Shown one piece after another: positions 1 to 9,430 of a DNA stretch of 64,000 nucleotides. Position numbers and translations under genes: made by a program. The DNA is from Gelidibacter sp. GTDB taxonomy: Bacteria > Bacteroidota > Bacteroidia > Flavobacteriales > Flavobacteriaceae. Below the pieces are notes generated by a model. That model had not been told where the DNA came from. It was given only the letters and a program-made list of their open reading frames with translations, and searched no databases. The stretch is taken from assembly GCA_010906935.1 (NCBI GenBank), contig JAAFHC010000001.1, forward strand, positions 3,157 through 67,156, given 5' to 3'. Every line of letters starts with the position of its first letter. Positions within the stretch are counted from its first letter, which is position 1.

Positions 1-1
1 G

Positions 2-892
2 ATTGCTGAAGACGTATATTATCCTGGAGAAAATGAACCTGAAGAATATTATATGTCGGTACTTTTGAACAGAGCCACCGGAAAAAATATGATTATGTAT
101 TCTACCGAAGGCGGAATGGATATTGAAACTGTTGCCGAAAAAACGCCTCATTTAATTTTTACCGAAGAAATGGATCCTTTATTGGGATTGCAAGCTTTTC
201 AGGCACGTAAAATTGCCTTTAATTTAGGATTGTCGGGCAATGCGTTAAAAGAAATGATCAAATTTGTGACTTCTTTATACACGGCGTTTGTAAATTCTGA
301 TGCCACTTTATTTGAAATAAACCCAGTGTTAAAAACGTCGGATGATAAAATTTTAGCGGTAGATTCAAAAGTTGTTTTGGACGACAATGCTTTATTTCGC
401 CATAAAGATTTGGCAGTATTAAGGGATTTGCGTGAAGAAAATGAGATTGAAGTGGAGGCCAATGCCGCAGGGTTGAATTATGTTGATTTAGACGGAAATG
501 TGGGATGTATGGTGAATGGGGCAGGATTGGCAATGAGCACGATGGATTTAATTAAACAATCTGGCGGAGAGCCTGCAAACTTTTTGGATGTTGGTGGAAC
601 GGCAGATGCAAAACGCGTTGAAACAGCATTCAGAATTATATTAAAAGATTCAAATGTAAAAGCAATCTTGGTCAATATTTTTGGAGGAATTGTGCGTTGC
701 GACCGTGTGGCGCAAGGTGTAATTGATGCTTATAAAAATATGGGCGATGCCATTAATGTTCCCATTATTGTACGCTTACAAGGAACCAACGCCAAAGAGG
801 CACAAGAGCTTTTAGACAATAGCGGATTGGATTTAATTTCAGCAACTGAATTCCAGGAAGCTGCAGATAAAGTGCAAAAAGTATTGGCATAA
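2..892 (+). CDS. sucC: Succinate--CoA ligase (ADP-forming) beta subunit, C-terminal part; 5' end lies outside the window
   Basis: Reading frame is open from the window edge (IAEDVYYPGENEPEEYYMSVLLNR...). CoA-ligase domain motifs GCMVNGAGLAMSTMD and NIFGGIVRCD are present. Followed by a hairpin terminator. Confidence 0.93.
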   Translation: MAEDVYYPGENEPEEYYMSVLLNRATGKNMIMYSTEGGMDIETVAEKTPHLIFTEEMDPLLGLQAFQARKIAFNLGLSGNALKEMIKFVTSLYTAFVNSDATLFEINPVLKTSDDKILAVDSKVVLDDNALFRHKDLAVLRDLREENEIEVEANAAGLNYVDLDGNVGCMVNGAGLAMSTMDLIKQSGGEPANFLDVGGTADAKRVETAFRIILKDSNVKAILVNIFGGIVRCDRVAQGVIDAYKNMGDAINVPIIVRLQGTNAKEAQELLDNSGLDLISATEFQEAADKVQKVLA

Positions 893-916
893 ACTAGCAA
901 AAAAATACAATCAAAA

Positions 917-949
917 AAAGCTGATGATCTATCCATCAGCTTTTTTTTT
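917..949 (+). terminator. Rho-independent terminator after sucC
   Basis: Stem aaagctgatg / catcagcttt with a 7-nt loop, followed by a T9 run. Confidence 0.8.
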
Positions 950-954
950 GGCCA

Positions 955-986
955 TAAAAAAACACTTCAATGGAAGTGTTTTTTTA
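955..986 (-). terminator. Hairpin terminator for the convergent DUF3276 gene (A-run/T-run on both sides, possibly bidirectional)
   Basis: Stem acacttc / gaagtgt with loop aatg, flanked by A7 upstream and T7 downstream. Confidence 0.7.
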
Positions 987-1005
987 TTTGGTTGAAGTTA
1001 ATTGA

Positions 1006-1386
1006 TTATATATCTTCAAAATTTACATCAGTAAAACTTTCTGATCCTGATACGGGTTCTTCAGTTTCTTCTGTTCCGTCTGAAGGCCTTTTAAAATCTT
1101 TTTGGTGACGTTCAGAAATGACTTCTTCACCTTTTTCATTTAAAATATAATTAGTTGCTTCTTTTAACATATCATTAAACTCTACAAAATCTTCTTTGTA
1201 TAAATAAATTTTATGCTTTTTGTAATGGAAAGACCCATCGTCATGGGTGAACTTTTTACTTTCGGTAATAGTTAAGTAATAATCTTCGGCTTTTGTTGCT
1301 CTTACATCAAAAAAGTAAGTTCTTCTTCCTGCTCTAAGAACCTGAGAGAATATCTCTTCTTGTTCTAAATGTTCATTGTCATTCAT
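1006..1386 (-). CDS. PUR-alpha-like DNA/RNA-binding protein (DUF3276 family)
   Basis: 126 aa. RAGRRTYFFDVRATKAEDYYLTITESKK followed by HKIYLYKEDFVEF, the typical Bacteroidota PUR repeat, then an acidic tail. Confidence 0.75.
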   Translation of the reverse strand: MNDNEHLEQEEIFSQVLRAGRRTYFFDVRATKAEDYYLTITESKKFTHDDGSFHYKKHKIYLYKEDFVEFNDMLKEATNYILNEKGEEVISERHQKDFKRPSDGTEETEEPVSGSESFTDVNFEDI

Positions 1387-1465
1387 ATTTAACTCTCTAT
1401 TTAATTAATCTTTCTACTCGATTTTGACACAAATCTATAAAATAATTTGACTTTTTGCACTATTT

Positions 1466-3220
1466 TCAAATTTCTTTTTCCAAAAGTTGCTGTTCATAAA
1501 GCTCTTTATAATAACCATCAATTTTAATTAACTCATTATGTGTACCTTGCTGAATTATTTTTCCTTTCTCCAATACGAGAATGGCATCCGCGTTTTTAAC
1601 CGATGAAATTCTATGGCTAACGATGATGGTTGTTTTATCATGACTTATTTTAAATAAGTTGTTCAGGATAATTTCTTCGGTTTCTGTATCCACTGCGGAT
1701 AAGCAATCGTCAAAAATTAAAATTTCAGGTTCTTTAATAAGCGCACGGGCGATGGAAACACGCTGTTTTTGTCCGCCCGACAAGGTAACGCCTCTTTCTC
1801 CAACAAAAGTGTTGTATCCTTCATTAAATTCAATGATATTGTGGTGGATGTAGGCATCTTTAGCAGCTTGTTCAATTTTTTCGTCGGAAGCCGCTTCATC
1901 GCCAAACTTGATATTGTTTTTTATGGTGTCAGAAAATAAAAAAGCTTCTTGCGGAACAAAACCGATGCTTTGTCTCAGGTTGTCTAAATTGAGCTGTTCA
2001 ATGGGTTTTGTGTCGATTAAAATTTCCCCCGATTTTACATCATACAAACGGGCAATTAAGCTGATAAGCGTTGTTTTTCCCGATCCGGTATTTCCTAAAA
2101 CACCGAGTGTTTTCCCTTTTTCAAGTTTGAAATTGATATGTTGCAGCGCTTCAATATTGGTGTCGTCATAGGTAAAAGACACATTTTTAAATTCAATTTC
2201 TCCTTGAATTTTTGTTGATTTATCGTTATTGTTTATAATTTCAGGCTCTTGTTTTAAAAACTCGTTGATCCGTATTTGCGATGCTTCCGCTTCCTGAATG
2301 ATGGAAGTTACCCAGCCCACAACGGCAACTGGCCAAGTAAGCATGTTAATATACATAATAAATTCGGCAATTACCCCCAAAGAAATGGTGCCTTCAATGT
2401 AGCGCAATCCTCCAACATAAATAACCAAGATATTGCTCAACCCAATCAAAAAAATCATGGAAGGAAAAAACAAGGCTTGAACTTTAAACAAGCTGATGTT
2501 TTTTTCTTTGGCTTTATCAGACAATTGTTCGAATTCAGCCATCGCTTTTTCTTCAATGCCATACGATTTTAAGATGCTAATTCCCGAAAAAGTTTCTTGG
2601 GCGCTTGAGGTTAATTTCGATAAATATTGTTGCACAACGGTGCTTCGTTCGTTAATGATTCTGCTCAAATAATAAATCAATACCGATAAAATGGGCAATG
2701 GCAAAAGCGTATAGTTGGTTAAAGTGACATCAATATTATACATTTTAATAATGGCTACGGAAAACAAAACCAGCATATTTACGGTATACATAACGGCCGG
2801 TCCGGCGTACATACGCACTTTACTCACATCTTCGGTAATGCGATTCATTAAATCGCCTGTTCGGTTTTTTTTGTAAAAATTTAACGACAATAGTTGGTAT
2901 TGGCGATAAATTTCATTTTTTAAATCAAATTCAATCAACCGCGACATCACAATAATGGTTTGGCGCATTAAAAAAGTGAAAAATCCCGAAAGCAGCGCTG
3001 CCGCAACAATTAATAAAATGTTAATGAGCAATTCCGATTTCACCACGGCCAAATCGGTCACAATGCCGTTTCTGTAATCTTCAGCAACATTTACAGATTC
3101 CCTGATCAGTTGGGGAACCTGCAAGGCCAAAATTTTTGAAGCAATGGTGATAACGATACCAATTAGCAGTCGGTATTTATATTTTAAGAAGTATTTGTTT
3201 AAGTATGATAAAGCTTTCAT
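1466..3220 (-). CDS. ABC transporter, fused permease/ATP-binding protein (MsbA/exporter type)
   Basis: 584 aa. N-terminal 6-TM domain, Walker A GNTGSGKTT, signature LSGGQKQR, Walker B ILIFDD. Confidence 0.9.
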   Translation of the reverse strand: MKALSYLNKYFLKYKYRLLIGIVITIASKILALQVPQLIRESVNVAEDYRNGIVTDLAVVKSELLINILLIVAAALLSGFFTFLMRQTIIVMSRLIEFDLKNEIYRQYQLLSLNFYKKNRTGDLMNRITEDVSKVRMYAGPAVMYTVNMLVLFSVAIIKMYNIDVTLTNYTLLPLPILSVLIYYLSRIINERSTVVQQYLSKLTSSAQETFSGISILKSYGIEEKAMAEFEQLSDKAKEKNISLFKVQALFFPSMIFLIGLSNILVIYVGGLRYIEGTISLGVIAEFIMYINMLTWPVAVVGWVTSIIQEAEASQIRINEFLKQEPEIINNNDKSTKIQGEIEFKNVSFTYDDTNIEALQHINFKLEKGKTLGVLGNTGSGKTTLISLIARLYDVKSGEILIDTKPIEQLNLDNLRQSIGFVPQEAFLFSDTIKNNIKFGDEAASDEKIEQAAKDAYIHHNIIEFNEGYNTFVGERGVTLSGGQKQRVSIARALIKEPEILIFDDCLSAVDTETEEIILNNLFKISHDKTTIIVSHRISSVKNADAILVLEKGKIIQQGTHNELIKIDGYYKELYEQQLLEKEI

Positions 3221-3271
3221 ATAGTAGTTAAATGCAATGAATTTTGTAAAATGCGAAGATACGGGAAAAAA

Positions 3272-3346
3272 AAAGTTTAAACTTAGAAGTTAGAGGTCAG
3301 AAGTTAAATATTAGAAGTTAAAAGTTAAATATTAAAAGTTTAAACA
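3272..3346. repeat. AT-rich word-repeat array (AGAAGTTA / AAAGTTAAATATTA units), bounded by AAAGTTTAAAC at both ends
   Basis: Direct reading: aaagtttaaac ttagaagttagaggtcagaagttaaatattagaagttaaaagttaaatattaaaagtttaaac. Its last ~27 nt recur at 48368-48402 and, reverse-complemented, at 45621-45660. Confidence 0.8.
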
Positions 3347-3583
3347 AATCAAACTCCTCTTGAGACTTGTGTTGAGCGGAGCCGAAATAGGGGCTAGGGG
3401 TGTGTAAAACCGGTCAACGCTAATCAGGGAAGTTCAACTCCAAACTCCAAAAGAACCAATACACAAAACAACTCTAGGCATTCCAAACTTAAAACCCAAA
3501 AAAGTATTTATGGTTATCGTTTTAGAATTTTGCCCCTTTTCGTAAATAAACAAAAACAAAATTTTATTTCTGAAAATTATTAG

Positions 3584-3591
3584 TATTTTTG
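3584..3591 (+). promoter_or_regulatory. Candidate Bacteroidota -7 promoter box (TAnnTTTG) for nusB
   Basis: tatttttg matches TAnnTTTG exactly, 37 bp upstream of the nusB ATG. The motif is expected by chance roughly once per 1-2 kb per strand in this composition. Confidence 0.4.
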
Positions 3592-3627
3592 CGCTTTGTA
3601 CCACTAAAAATTTCAAAAGTTCTTTAA

Positions 3628-4566
3628 ATGATAAATAGAAGACATATTAGAATTAAAGTAATGCAATCGGTTTACGCATTGCTTCAGTCTAAAAGTGATA
3701 ACCTTAAAAAAGAAGAAGATTTTTTATACGCCAGTATTGAAAAAATGCACGATTTATATGTGCTGATGCTTCGTTTGCTTGTTGAGGTTAAGAATATGGA
3801 AAAAAAACATATTGAAATTTCTGGCAAAAAATATTTGGCCACAACACAAGATTTAAATCCGAATTACAAATTTATTAACAACCAAATTTTCAGGTTATTG
3901 GAGGAAAGCGTTTCCTTAAATACCTATTTGGAAGAACATAAGCTTAATTATTGGCGTTTGGACAATGAATATGTTCATGAAATTTTGAAGCTGGTTAAAG
4001 AAAGTAGCATTTATGCAGATTATTTGAAATCTGAAAAATCTTCTTTTGAAGAAGATCGGGATTTTGTGGTTGCACTCTTTAAAAATGTGGTGGCTCCCAA
4101 TGAAAAATTGGCAGAATATTTTGAAGACAAAACCATTAGTTGGGTGGATGACATTCCTTTTGTAAATACTTGGATTGTTAAATCGTTGAATCAGTTAAAG
4201 CCAAAACAGACTTTTTTGTTGGGCAATATTTATAAAGATGATGACGATAAGAAATTTGTGTTGGACTTATTCAGAAAAGTGGTGTTGAACCATACAGAAT
4301 TTGAAAAGGAAATTGAAAATAAAACACCGAATTGGGACACAGACCGTATTGCGGAAATTGATATGATTTTGATAAAAATGGCCATAAGCGAGTTTTTAAA
4401 ATTCCCGTCAATTCCAACAAGTGTTACCATTAACGAATATATTGAAATTGCCAAAGATTATTCCTCTGAAAAAAGCAGTTTTTTTATAAACGGGGTCATA
4501 GATAAAATTTTAAAAGATTTTACGGCCTCAAAAAGATTGAACAAAATAGGACGAGGATTGATGTAA
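3628..4566 (+). CDS. nusB: Transcription antitermination factor NusB (long Bacteroidota form)
   Basis: 312 aa. N-terminus RRHIRIKVMQSVYA and C-terminal NusB fold region NEYIEIAKDYSSEKSSFFINGVIDKI. Conserved nusB-DUF1573-yajC-ybbR-coaE neighbourhood. Confidence 0.88.
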   Translation: MINRRHIRIKVMQSVYALLQSKSDNLKKEEDFLYASIEKMHDLYVLMLRLLVEVKNMEKKHIEISGKKYLATTQDLNPNYKFINNQIFRLLEESVSLNTYLEEHKLNYWRLDNEYVHEILKLVKESSIYADYLKSEKSSFEEDRDFVVALFKNVVAPNEKLAEYFEDKTISWVDDIPFVNTWIVKSLNQLKPKQTFLLGNIYKDDDDKKFVLDLFRKVVLNHTEFEKEIENKTPNWDTDRIAEIDMILIKMAISEFLKFPSIPTSVTINEYIEIAKDYSSEKSSFFINGVIDKILKDFTASKRLNKIGRGLM

Positions 4567-4597
4567 TTTCATATTTTTACAAAAAAAACATATAACC

Positions 4598-5050
4598 ATG
4601 AGAAAAAATAGTATTGTATTCATTGCTTTATTGAGTTTGGCATTTGTTTCTTGCAAAGACAACGCATCTGCAAAAATAGATGCAGCAAATTTAGAGACAG
4701 CAAAAGAAAGAGACGCAAAAATTAGTTTGGGAACTGCCATTATTGAGTTTGACACAAGAGACTACGATTTTGGAACTGTGAATGAAGGTGAAGTTGTTGA
4801 AGGCGTTTTTAAAATTACCAACAAAGGAAAAACAGATTTAATAATTACAGATGCATCAGCATCATGCGGATGCACGGTTCCTGAATGGCCTAAAGATCCT
4901 ATTAAACCTGGAGATTCTGGAGAATTAAAGTTTTCGTTTGATTCAAAAGGAAGAACAGGAAAACAAAGCAAATCAATAACTTTACAAACCAATACAGCTG
5001 AGGTGACCGAAATGTTGCGTATTGGAGGAACCGTAACCCCAAAAAAATAA
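4598..5050 (+). CDS. DUF1573 domain lipoprotein
   Basis: 150 aa. Lipobox LAFVSC. DUF1573 core FDTRDYDFGTVNEGEVV...KITNKGKTDLIITDASASCGCTVPEWPK. Confidence 0.85.
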   Translation: MRKNSIVFIALLSLAFVSCKDNASAKIDAANLETAKERDAKISLGTAIIEFDTRDYDFGTVNEGEVVEGVFKITNKGKTDLIITDASASCGCTVPEWPKDPIKPGDSGELKFSFDSKGRTGKQSKSITLQTNTAEVTEMLRIGGTVTPKK

Positions 5051-5077
5051 TCAGTCAATTAATTTAAAATTAAAAAT

Positions 5078-5401
5078 ATGTACACAAGTATTGCTTTACA
5101 AGCTTTTGGAGGAGATTCATTAATGAGTATGCTTCCTTTCTTATTAATGTTTGTGGTTATTTATCTTTTTATGATAAGACCGCAAATAAAACGTCAGAAA
5201 AACGAAAAGAAGTTTCAAACTTCCATTGCAAAAGGAAATAAAATAGTAACCAGTAGCGGAATTCACGGAAAAATTGTTGATATTGTAGACAGCGACAATA
5301 CCGTAATTATTGAAACAAGCGCTGGGAAAATTAAATTTGAACGTTCAGCCATTTCTATGGAATTGAGTAAAAAATACCAAGTTCCGGAAGAAGTTAAATA
5401 A
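5078..5401 (+). CDS. yajC: Preprotein translocase subunit YajC
   Basis: 107 aa. Single TM then IRPQIKRQKNEKKF and GIHGKIV, the typical YajC motif. Confidence 0.9.
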   Translation: MYTSIALQAFGGDSLMSMLPFLLMFVVIYLFMIRPQIKRQKNEKKFQTSIAKGNKIVTSSGIHGKIVDIVDSDNTVIIETSAGKIKFERSAISMELSKKYQVPEEVK

Positions 5402-5417
5402 ACAAGGAGCACTTCTT

Positions 5418-5446
5418 AAAAAGTGAGCTATTTAGCTCACTTTTTT
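5418..5446 (+). terminator. Rho-independent terminator after yajC
   Basis: Stem aagtgagct / agctcactt with a 4-nt loop and a T6 tail. Confidence 0.8.
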
Positions 5447-5472
5447 GTATATTTGATAGTTATATTCTTTAT

Positions 5473-6441
5473 ATGAAAACAACTGCAGCATCAAACATTA
5501 AATCTCTGAAAAGCAATAAGAAAATTAAAATTTTTTTATTTTTTCTGGTTTTGTCTTCTATAATTTGGCTGCTGATAGAATTGTCTAAAAGTTATATCAC
5601 GCCTGTTGTTTTTAATGTGGAATATGCCAAATTGCCAAAAGATTTAATGGTACAAAAAAAACCGGTTTCTGAGCTGGAATTGGAAATTAAAGCGCCCGGA
5701 TTTATGTTGCTGAAATATAAATTTAAAAAGCGTAAAATACTATTGAACTTAAGAAATATTGCTAAAACCAAATCTACTTATTATCTATTGCCAAACAAAC
5801 AAATTTCATCCTTAAATTCACAATTTTCTAATGAAATTGAAATTATAAGTGTGCTGAAGGATACTATTTTTATTGAAATTGGCAAATCAATTTCTAAAAA
5901 AGTCCCGGTAATTGCCAATCTTGATATTCAATATAAAGCTGGATATAATTTGGTGGAGAAATTAAAAATAACACCTGATTCCGTTTTTGTTTCAGGTTCA
6001 AAAAAACTCATTGATTCCATAGCCGGAATTACCACAAGTCCGTTAAAATTAAATGATGTGTTTGAAGATATTGCAGTAGATCTGCTCTTAATATCGCCAT
6101 ATAAATCAGAACAAATAAAAATGTCGGACATAAAAGTTAAGGTTAGCGGAAAGGTAGATAAATTTACGGAAGGCACTTTTAAGATTCCGGTGACCATTAT
6201 CAATGTCCCATTTGGTGTTAAAGTGACTACTTTTCCGAAAGAAATTGAAGTGATTTATCAGGCAGGACTTTCAAATTTCAGTAAAATTACCCAAAATGAT
6301 GTATCGGTTGTTTTTGATTACAAACAATATGAAAACGATACGTTAATCACTTATTTAACACCCATAATAACGCAAAAAAGCAATTATGTTTATGCGTTGA
6401 AAATAAATCCGCCACAATTGGAATTTTTAATTCAAAAATGA
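5473..6441 (+). CDS. YbbR-like domain-containing membrane-anchored protein
   Basis: 322 aa. N-terminal TM and repeated beta-rich YbbR-type segments. 4-nt ATGA overlap with coaE, a conserved arrangement in Bacteroidota. Confidence 0.65.
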   Translation: MKTTAASNIKSLKSNKKIKIFLFFLVLSSIIWLLIELSKSYITPVVFNVEYAKLPKDLMVQKKPVSELELEIKAPGFMLLKYKFKKRKILLNLRNIAKTKSTYYLLPNKQISSLNSQFSNEIEIISVLKDTIFIEIGKSISKKVPVIANLDIQYKAGYNLVEKLKITPDSVFVSGSKKLIDSIAGITTSPLKLNDVFEDIAVDLLLISPYKSEQIKMSDIKVKVSGKVDKFTEGTFKIPVTIINVPFGVKVTTFPKEIEVIYQAGLSNFSKITQNDVSVVFDYKQYENDTLITYLTPIITQKSNYVYALKINPPQLEFLIQK

Positions 6442-7028
6442 AAATAATCGGATTGACAGGCGGCATTGGCAGTGGAAAAAGCACTGTTTTGGCACTTTTT
6501 AAAGCGCTAGGTGCTGTTACTTATGTGGCAGATTTTGAGGCGAAGAAATTAATGAATACTGATTTAACATTGAAAAATCAGATCGTAAAATTATTTGGTG
6601 AGCAGGCTTATGAAAAAGGGGAATTGAACAGAGCCTATATTTCATCAGTTGTTTTTAACAATGAAGAAAAATTAAACGCATTGAATGCGTTGGTGCATCC
6701 TAAAGTTCGTGAAGATTTTCAACATTTTATAAAAACCCAAAAATCGGATTTTGTGATTTATGAAGCGGCTATTTTATTTGAAAGCGGAAGCAATCAATTT
6801 TGTGATTATATCATTACGGTCATTGCCGATTTTGAGCATAAAATTGAAAGAATTATGAAGCGCGACGGCGTTTCCGAAGCACAAGTCATGGAGCGGATGA
6901 AAAACCAGTCGGCCGATGATTTTAAAATAAAAAAATCGGATTTTGTGATCACAAACAATCATTTGGAGGCCACAAAAAATCAGGTTTTCACAATTTTTGA
7001 ATTGCTTAAAAAATTAAAATTAAAATAA
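6438..7028 (+). CDS. coaE: Dephospho-CoA kinase
   Basis: 196 aa. P-loop GLTGGIGSGKST at the N-terminus and LVHPKV motif. Confidence 0.93.
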   Translation: MKIIGLTGGIGSGKSTVLALFKALGAVTYVADFEAKKLMNTDLTLKNQIVKLFGEQAYEKGELNRAYISSVVFNNEEKLNALNALVHPKVREDFQHFIKTQKSDFVIYEAAILFESGSNQFCDYIITVIADFEHKIERIMKRDGVSEAQVMERMKNQSADDFKIKKSDFVITNNHLEATKNQVFTIFELLKKLKLK

Positions 7029-7120
7029 AAATTTTCTTAATAAATTGTTAAAGAAATAATAAAGTTGTTAATCTACGTTAAATAACAATGAATATACTGT
7101 TAATCGTGTAAATTTGGGTG

Positions 7121-8689
7121 ATGAGGAAAAGGATATTTGTGCTCATCGTTATTTTAATGAACGTTGCCTTAATTGGCATCATCTCAGTGCAGGTTTTTTG
7201 GATAAAAAACTCGGTGCAGATAACGGAAGAGCAATTTTCGGCAAATGTTAAGTTTGCGTTGGCAAAAGTGTCAGACGACATTAAACAGCGAGAGTTTAAT
7301 GATTTTTATTTTAAAATAGAAGAACTTTATAAAGAAGGTGATAAATTAAAGGTATCTGATGTAAGTAAATTTATTTTTGAAAAAATAGATACAACGAATA
7401 ATGAAAAATTCACCTATTCTCAAAGTATCATTGAGTCTAATTATAAAGTGCCTACAGAGTTCTTTGAAAATGACAGCGTAAGTTTTAAAGAGATTTACAG
7501 TAAAGAAGAAATTGTGATTGTAAAAGATCAGGTTTTGGATAAAACTGCGGGTGGCATTGAACCTCCAGAAGAACGTTATGTAAAAGTTGGTAGGTTTAAA
7601 GCTGCGGAAAAATCGTATTTGGAAGGCCAATTTGATATTTATACCAGCAAACTTCCAGTTCATAGAAGGGTAAGCAATAGGGAAATTACTTTTAGGTTGT
7701 CCAATGAGCTAAATTCAAAGGGAATTAGCACCGATTTTAAATATGGTATTTACAGCAACGGATTGGCAACTCAGGTAAAATCGGGTTATTTCAGAAAAGA
7801 AGTGGGTAAAAGTTATATGGTGCCTATGTTTGCTGATGTTGAAGGAAATAGCAATTATCAATTGTATGTGACATTTCCTCAAAAACAAAATTACATTTTA
7901 GGCTCAATTACTAAAATATTGGTATTGTCTGTTTTTTTTGTGTTGATTATTATTTTGGCATTTGTGAGTGCATTGTATCAGTTAATCAAACAAAAACAAG
8001 TTTCGGAAATTAAAACGGATTTCATCAATAATATGACGCACGAATTTAAAACGCCCATAGCGACCATCAATTTAGCGTTGGATGCCATTAAAAATCCGAA
8101 AGTTATTGGCGACCAGGAAAAAGTGATGCGCTATGTAAAAATGATTCGAGAGGAAAATAAACGCATGAATGCCCAAGTTGAAAATGTGTTGCGAATTTCC
8201 AAACTTGAAAAAAATCAGTTGGATGTCAATAAAGAAAAAGTGAATGTTCATGACTTAATAAAAGAAGCCGTAACACACGTAGATTTATTGGTTAATGATA
8301 AAGGAGGTTATATTAAAATGAAATTGAACGCAGAAGCGACCGAAATTTTAGGTGATCATTTTCATTTTACCAATGTGATTGTAAATATGTTGGACAACGC
8401 CATAAAATATTCTGAAGAGGCACCAAAAATTGATATTACAACAGAAAATACGGCCAAACATATCATTATTAAAGTAAAAGATCAAGGTATTGGCATGGTT
8501 AAAAGCGTTCAAAAGAATGTTTTTAATAAGTTTTACAGAGAAGAAACAGGTAATATACACAATGTGAAAGGCCATGGATTAGGACTTGCATACGTGAAAA
8601 AAATTGTTGAAATTCATCAAGGCGAAGTTTATGTGGAAAGTGAAAAAGGTATTGGAAGCACTTTCACCGTTAAACTGCCTTTAATTTAA
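7121..8689 (+). CDS. Sensor histidine kinase (two TM segments flanking a ~250-aa extracytoplasmic region)
   Basis: H-box FINNMTHEFKTPI, N-box MLDNAIKYS, G-boxes DQGIGM and GHGLGLAYV. The ORF opens with GTG at 7118, but the ATG at 7121 is the likelier start. Confidence 0.9.
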   Translation: MRKRIFVLIVILMNVALIGIISVQVFWIKNSVQITEEQFSANVKFALAKVSDDIKQREFNDFYFKIEELYKEGDKLKVSDVSKFIFEKIDTTNNEKFTYSQSIIESNYKVPTEFFENDSVSFKEIYSKEEIVIVKDQVLDKTAGGIEPPEERYVKVGRFKAAEKSYLEGQFDIYTSKLPVHRRVSNREITFRLSNELNSKGISTDFKYGIYSNGLATQVKSGYFRKEVGKSYMVPMFADVEGNSNYQLYVTFPQKQNYILGSITKILVLSVFFVLIIILAFVSALYQLIKQKQVSEIKTDFINNMTHEFKTPIATINLALDAIKNPKVIGDQEKVMRYVKMIREENKRMNAQVENVLRISKLEKNQLDVNKEKVNVHDLIKEAVTHVDLLVNDKGGYIKMKLNAEATEILGDHFHFTNVIVNMLDNAIKYSEEAPKIDITTENTAKHIIIKVKDQGIGMVKSVQKNVFNKFYREETGNIHNVKGHGLGLAYVKKIVEIHQGEVYVESEKGIGSTFTVKLPLI

Positions 8690-8698
8690 AATAAAAAT

Positions 8699-9397
8699 AT
8701 GGAAAATAATAGAATTTTACTGGTTGAAGACGATCCCAATTTTGGAACTGTTTTGAAAGATTATCTATCATTGAACGATTATAAAGTGACCTTGGCCAAA
8801 GATGGTTTGGAAGGGTTGATAATGTTTAAAAATGACGATTTCGATTTGTGTATTTTAGATGTTATGATGCCTCGAAAAGATGGTTTTTCATTGGCAAAAG
8901 ACATTAGGGCAACCAATTCTGAAGTGCCAATTATATTTTTAACGGCCAGAACCATGAAAGAAGATGTGCTGAAAGGATACCAGTCTGGAGGCGATGATTA
9001 TTTAAACAAGCCTTTTGATTCTGAAGTTTTGTTGTATAAAATAAAAGCCATTTTGCAGCGTAAAGAAACGGAACAAACGATTGAAGAAGATGTTTTTGAA
9101 TATAAAATTGGAAAATTTGAGTTCAATTCAAAACTGCGTCATTTATCTTTTGACGGCGGTGAAATTCAGAAACTTTCCCCAAAAGAGAGCAAGTTATTGA
9201 AATTGTTGGCCACGCATAAAAACGATTTGATGCCGCGTGAATTGGCGCTGACTAAAATTTGGAGAGACGACAATTATTTCACTTCACGAAGTATGGATGT
9301 GTATATTGCTAAACTTCGAAAATATGTAAAACCCGATCCAAATGTGGAAATTTTAAATATTCACGGAGAAGGATTTAGGTTGGTGGAGAAGCCGTAA
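8699..9397 (+). CDS. OmpR-family response regulator transcription factor
   Basis: 232 aa. Receiver motifs LLVEDD, DLCILDVMMP and a conserved K in LNKPF. C-terminal winged helix (VYIAKLRKY...GEGFRL). Confidence 0.92.
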   Translation: MENNRILLVEDDPNFGTVLKDYLSLNDYKVTLAKDGLEGLIMFKNDDFDLCILDVMMPRKDGFSLAKDIRATNSEVPIIFLTARTMKEDVLKGYQSGGDDYLNKPFDSEVLLYKIKAILQRKETEQTIEEDVFEYKIGKFEFNSKLRHLSFDGGEIQKLSPKESKLLKLLATHKNDLMPRELALTKIWRDDNYFTSRSMDVYIAKLRKYVKPDPNVEILNIHGEGFRLVEKP

Positions 9398-9430
9398 AAA
9401 ATATCTTTTGCGCAACTTAAATATTCGTGT

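Noticed and set aside
3434-3616. 60-aa minus-strand ORF in the ABC exporter / nusB spacer
   Set aside because: It has a low-complexity, Ile/Phe/Lys-rich sequence and overlaps the candidate nusB promoter. No motif is recognisable, and it is most likely a chance ORF in AT-rich DNA.
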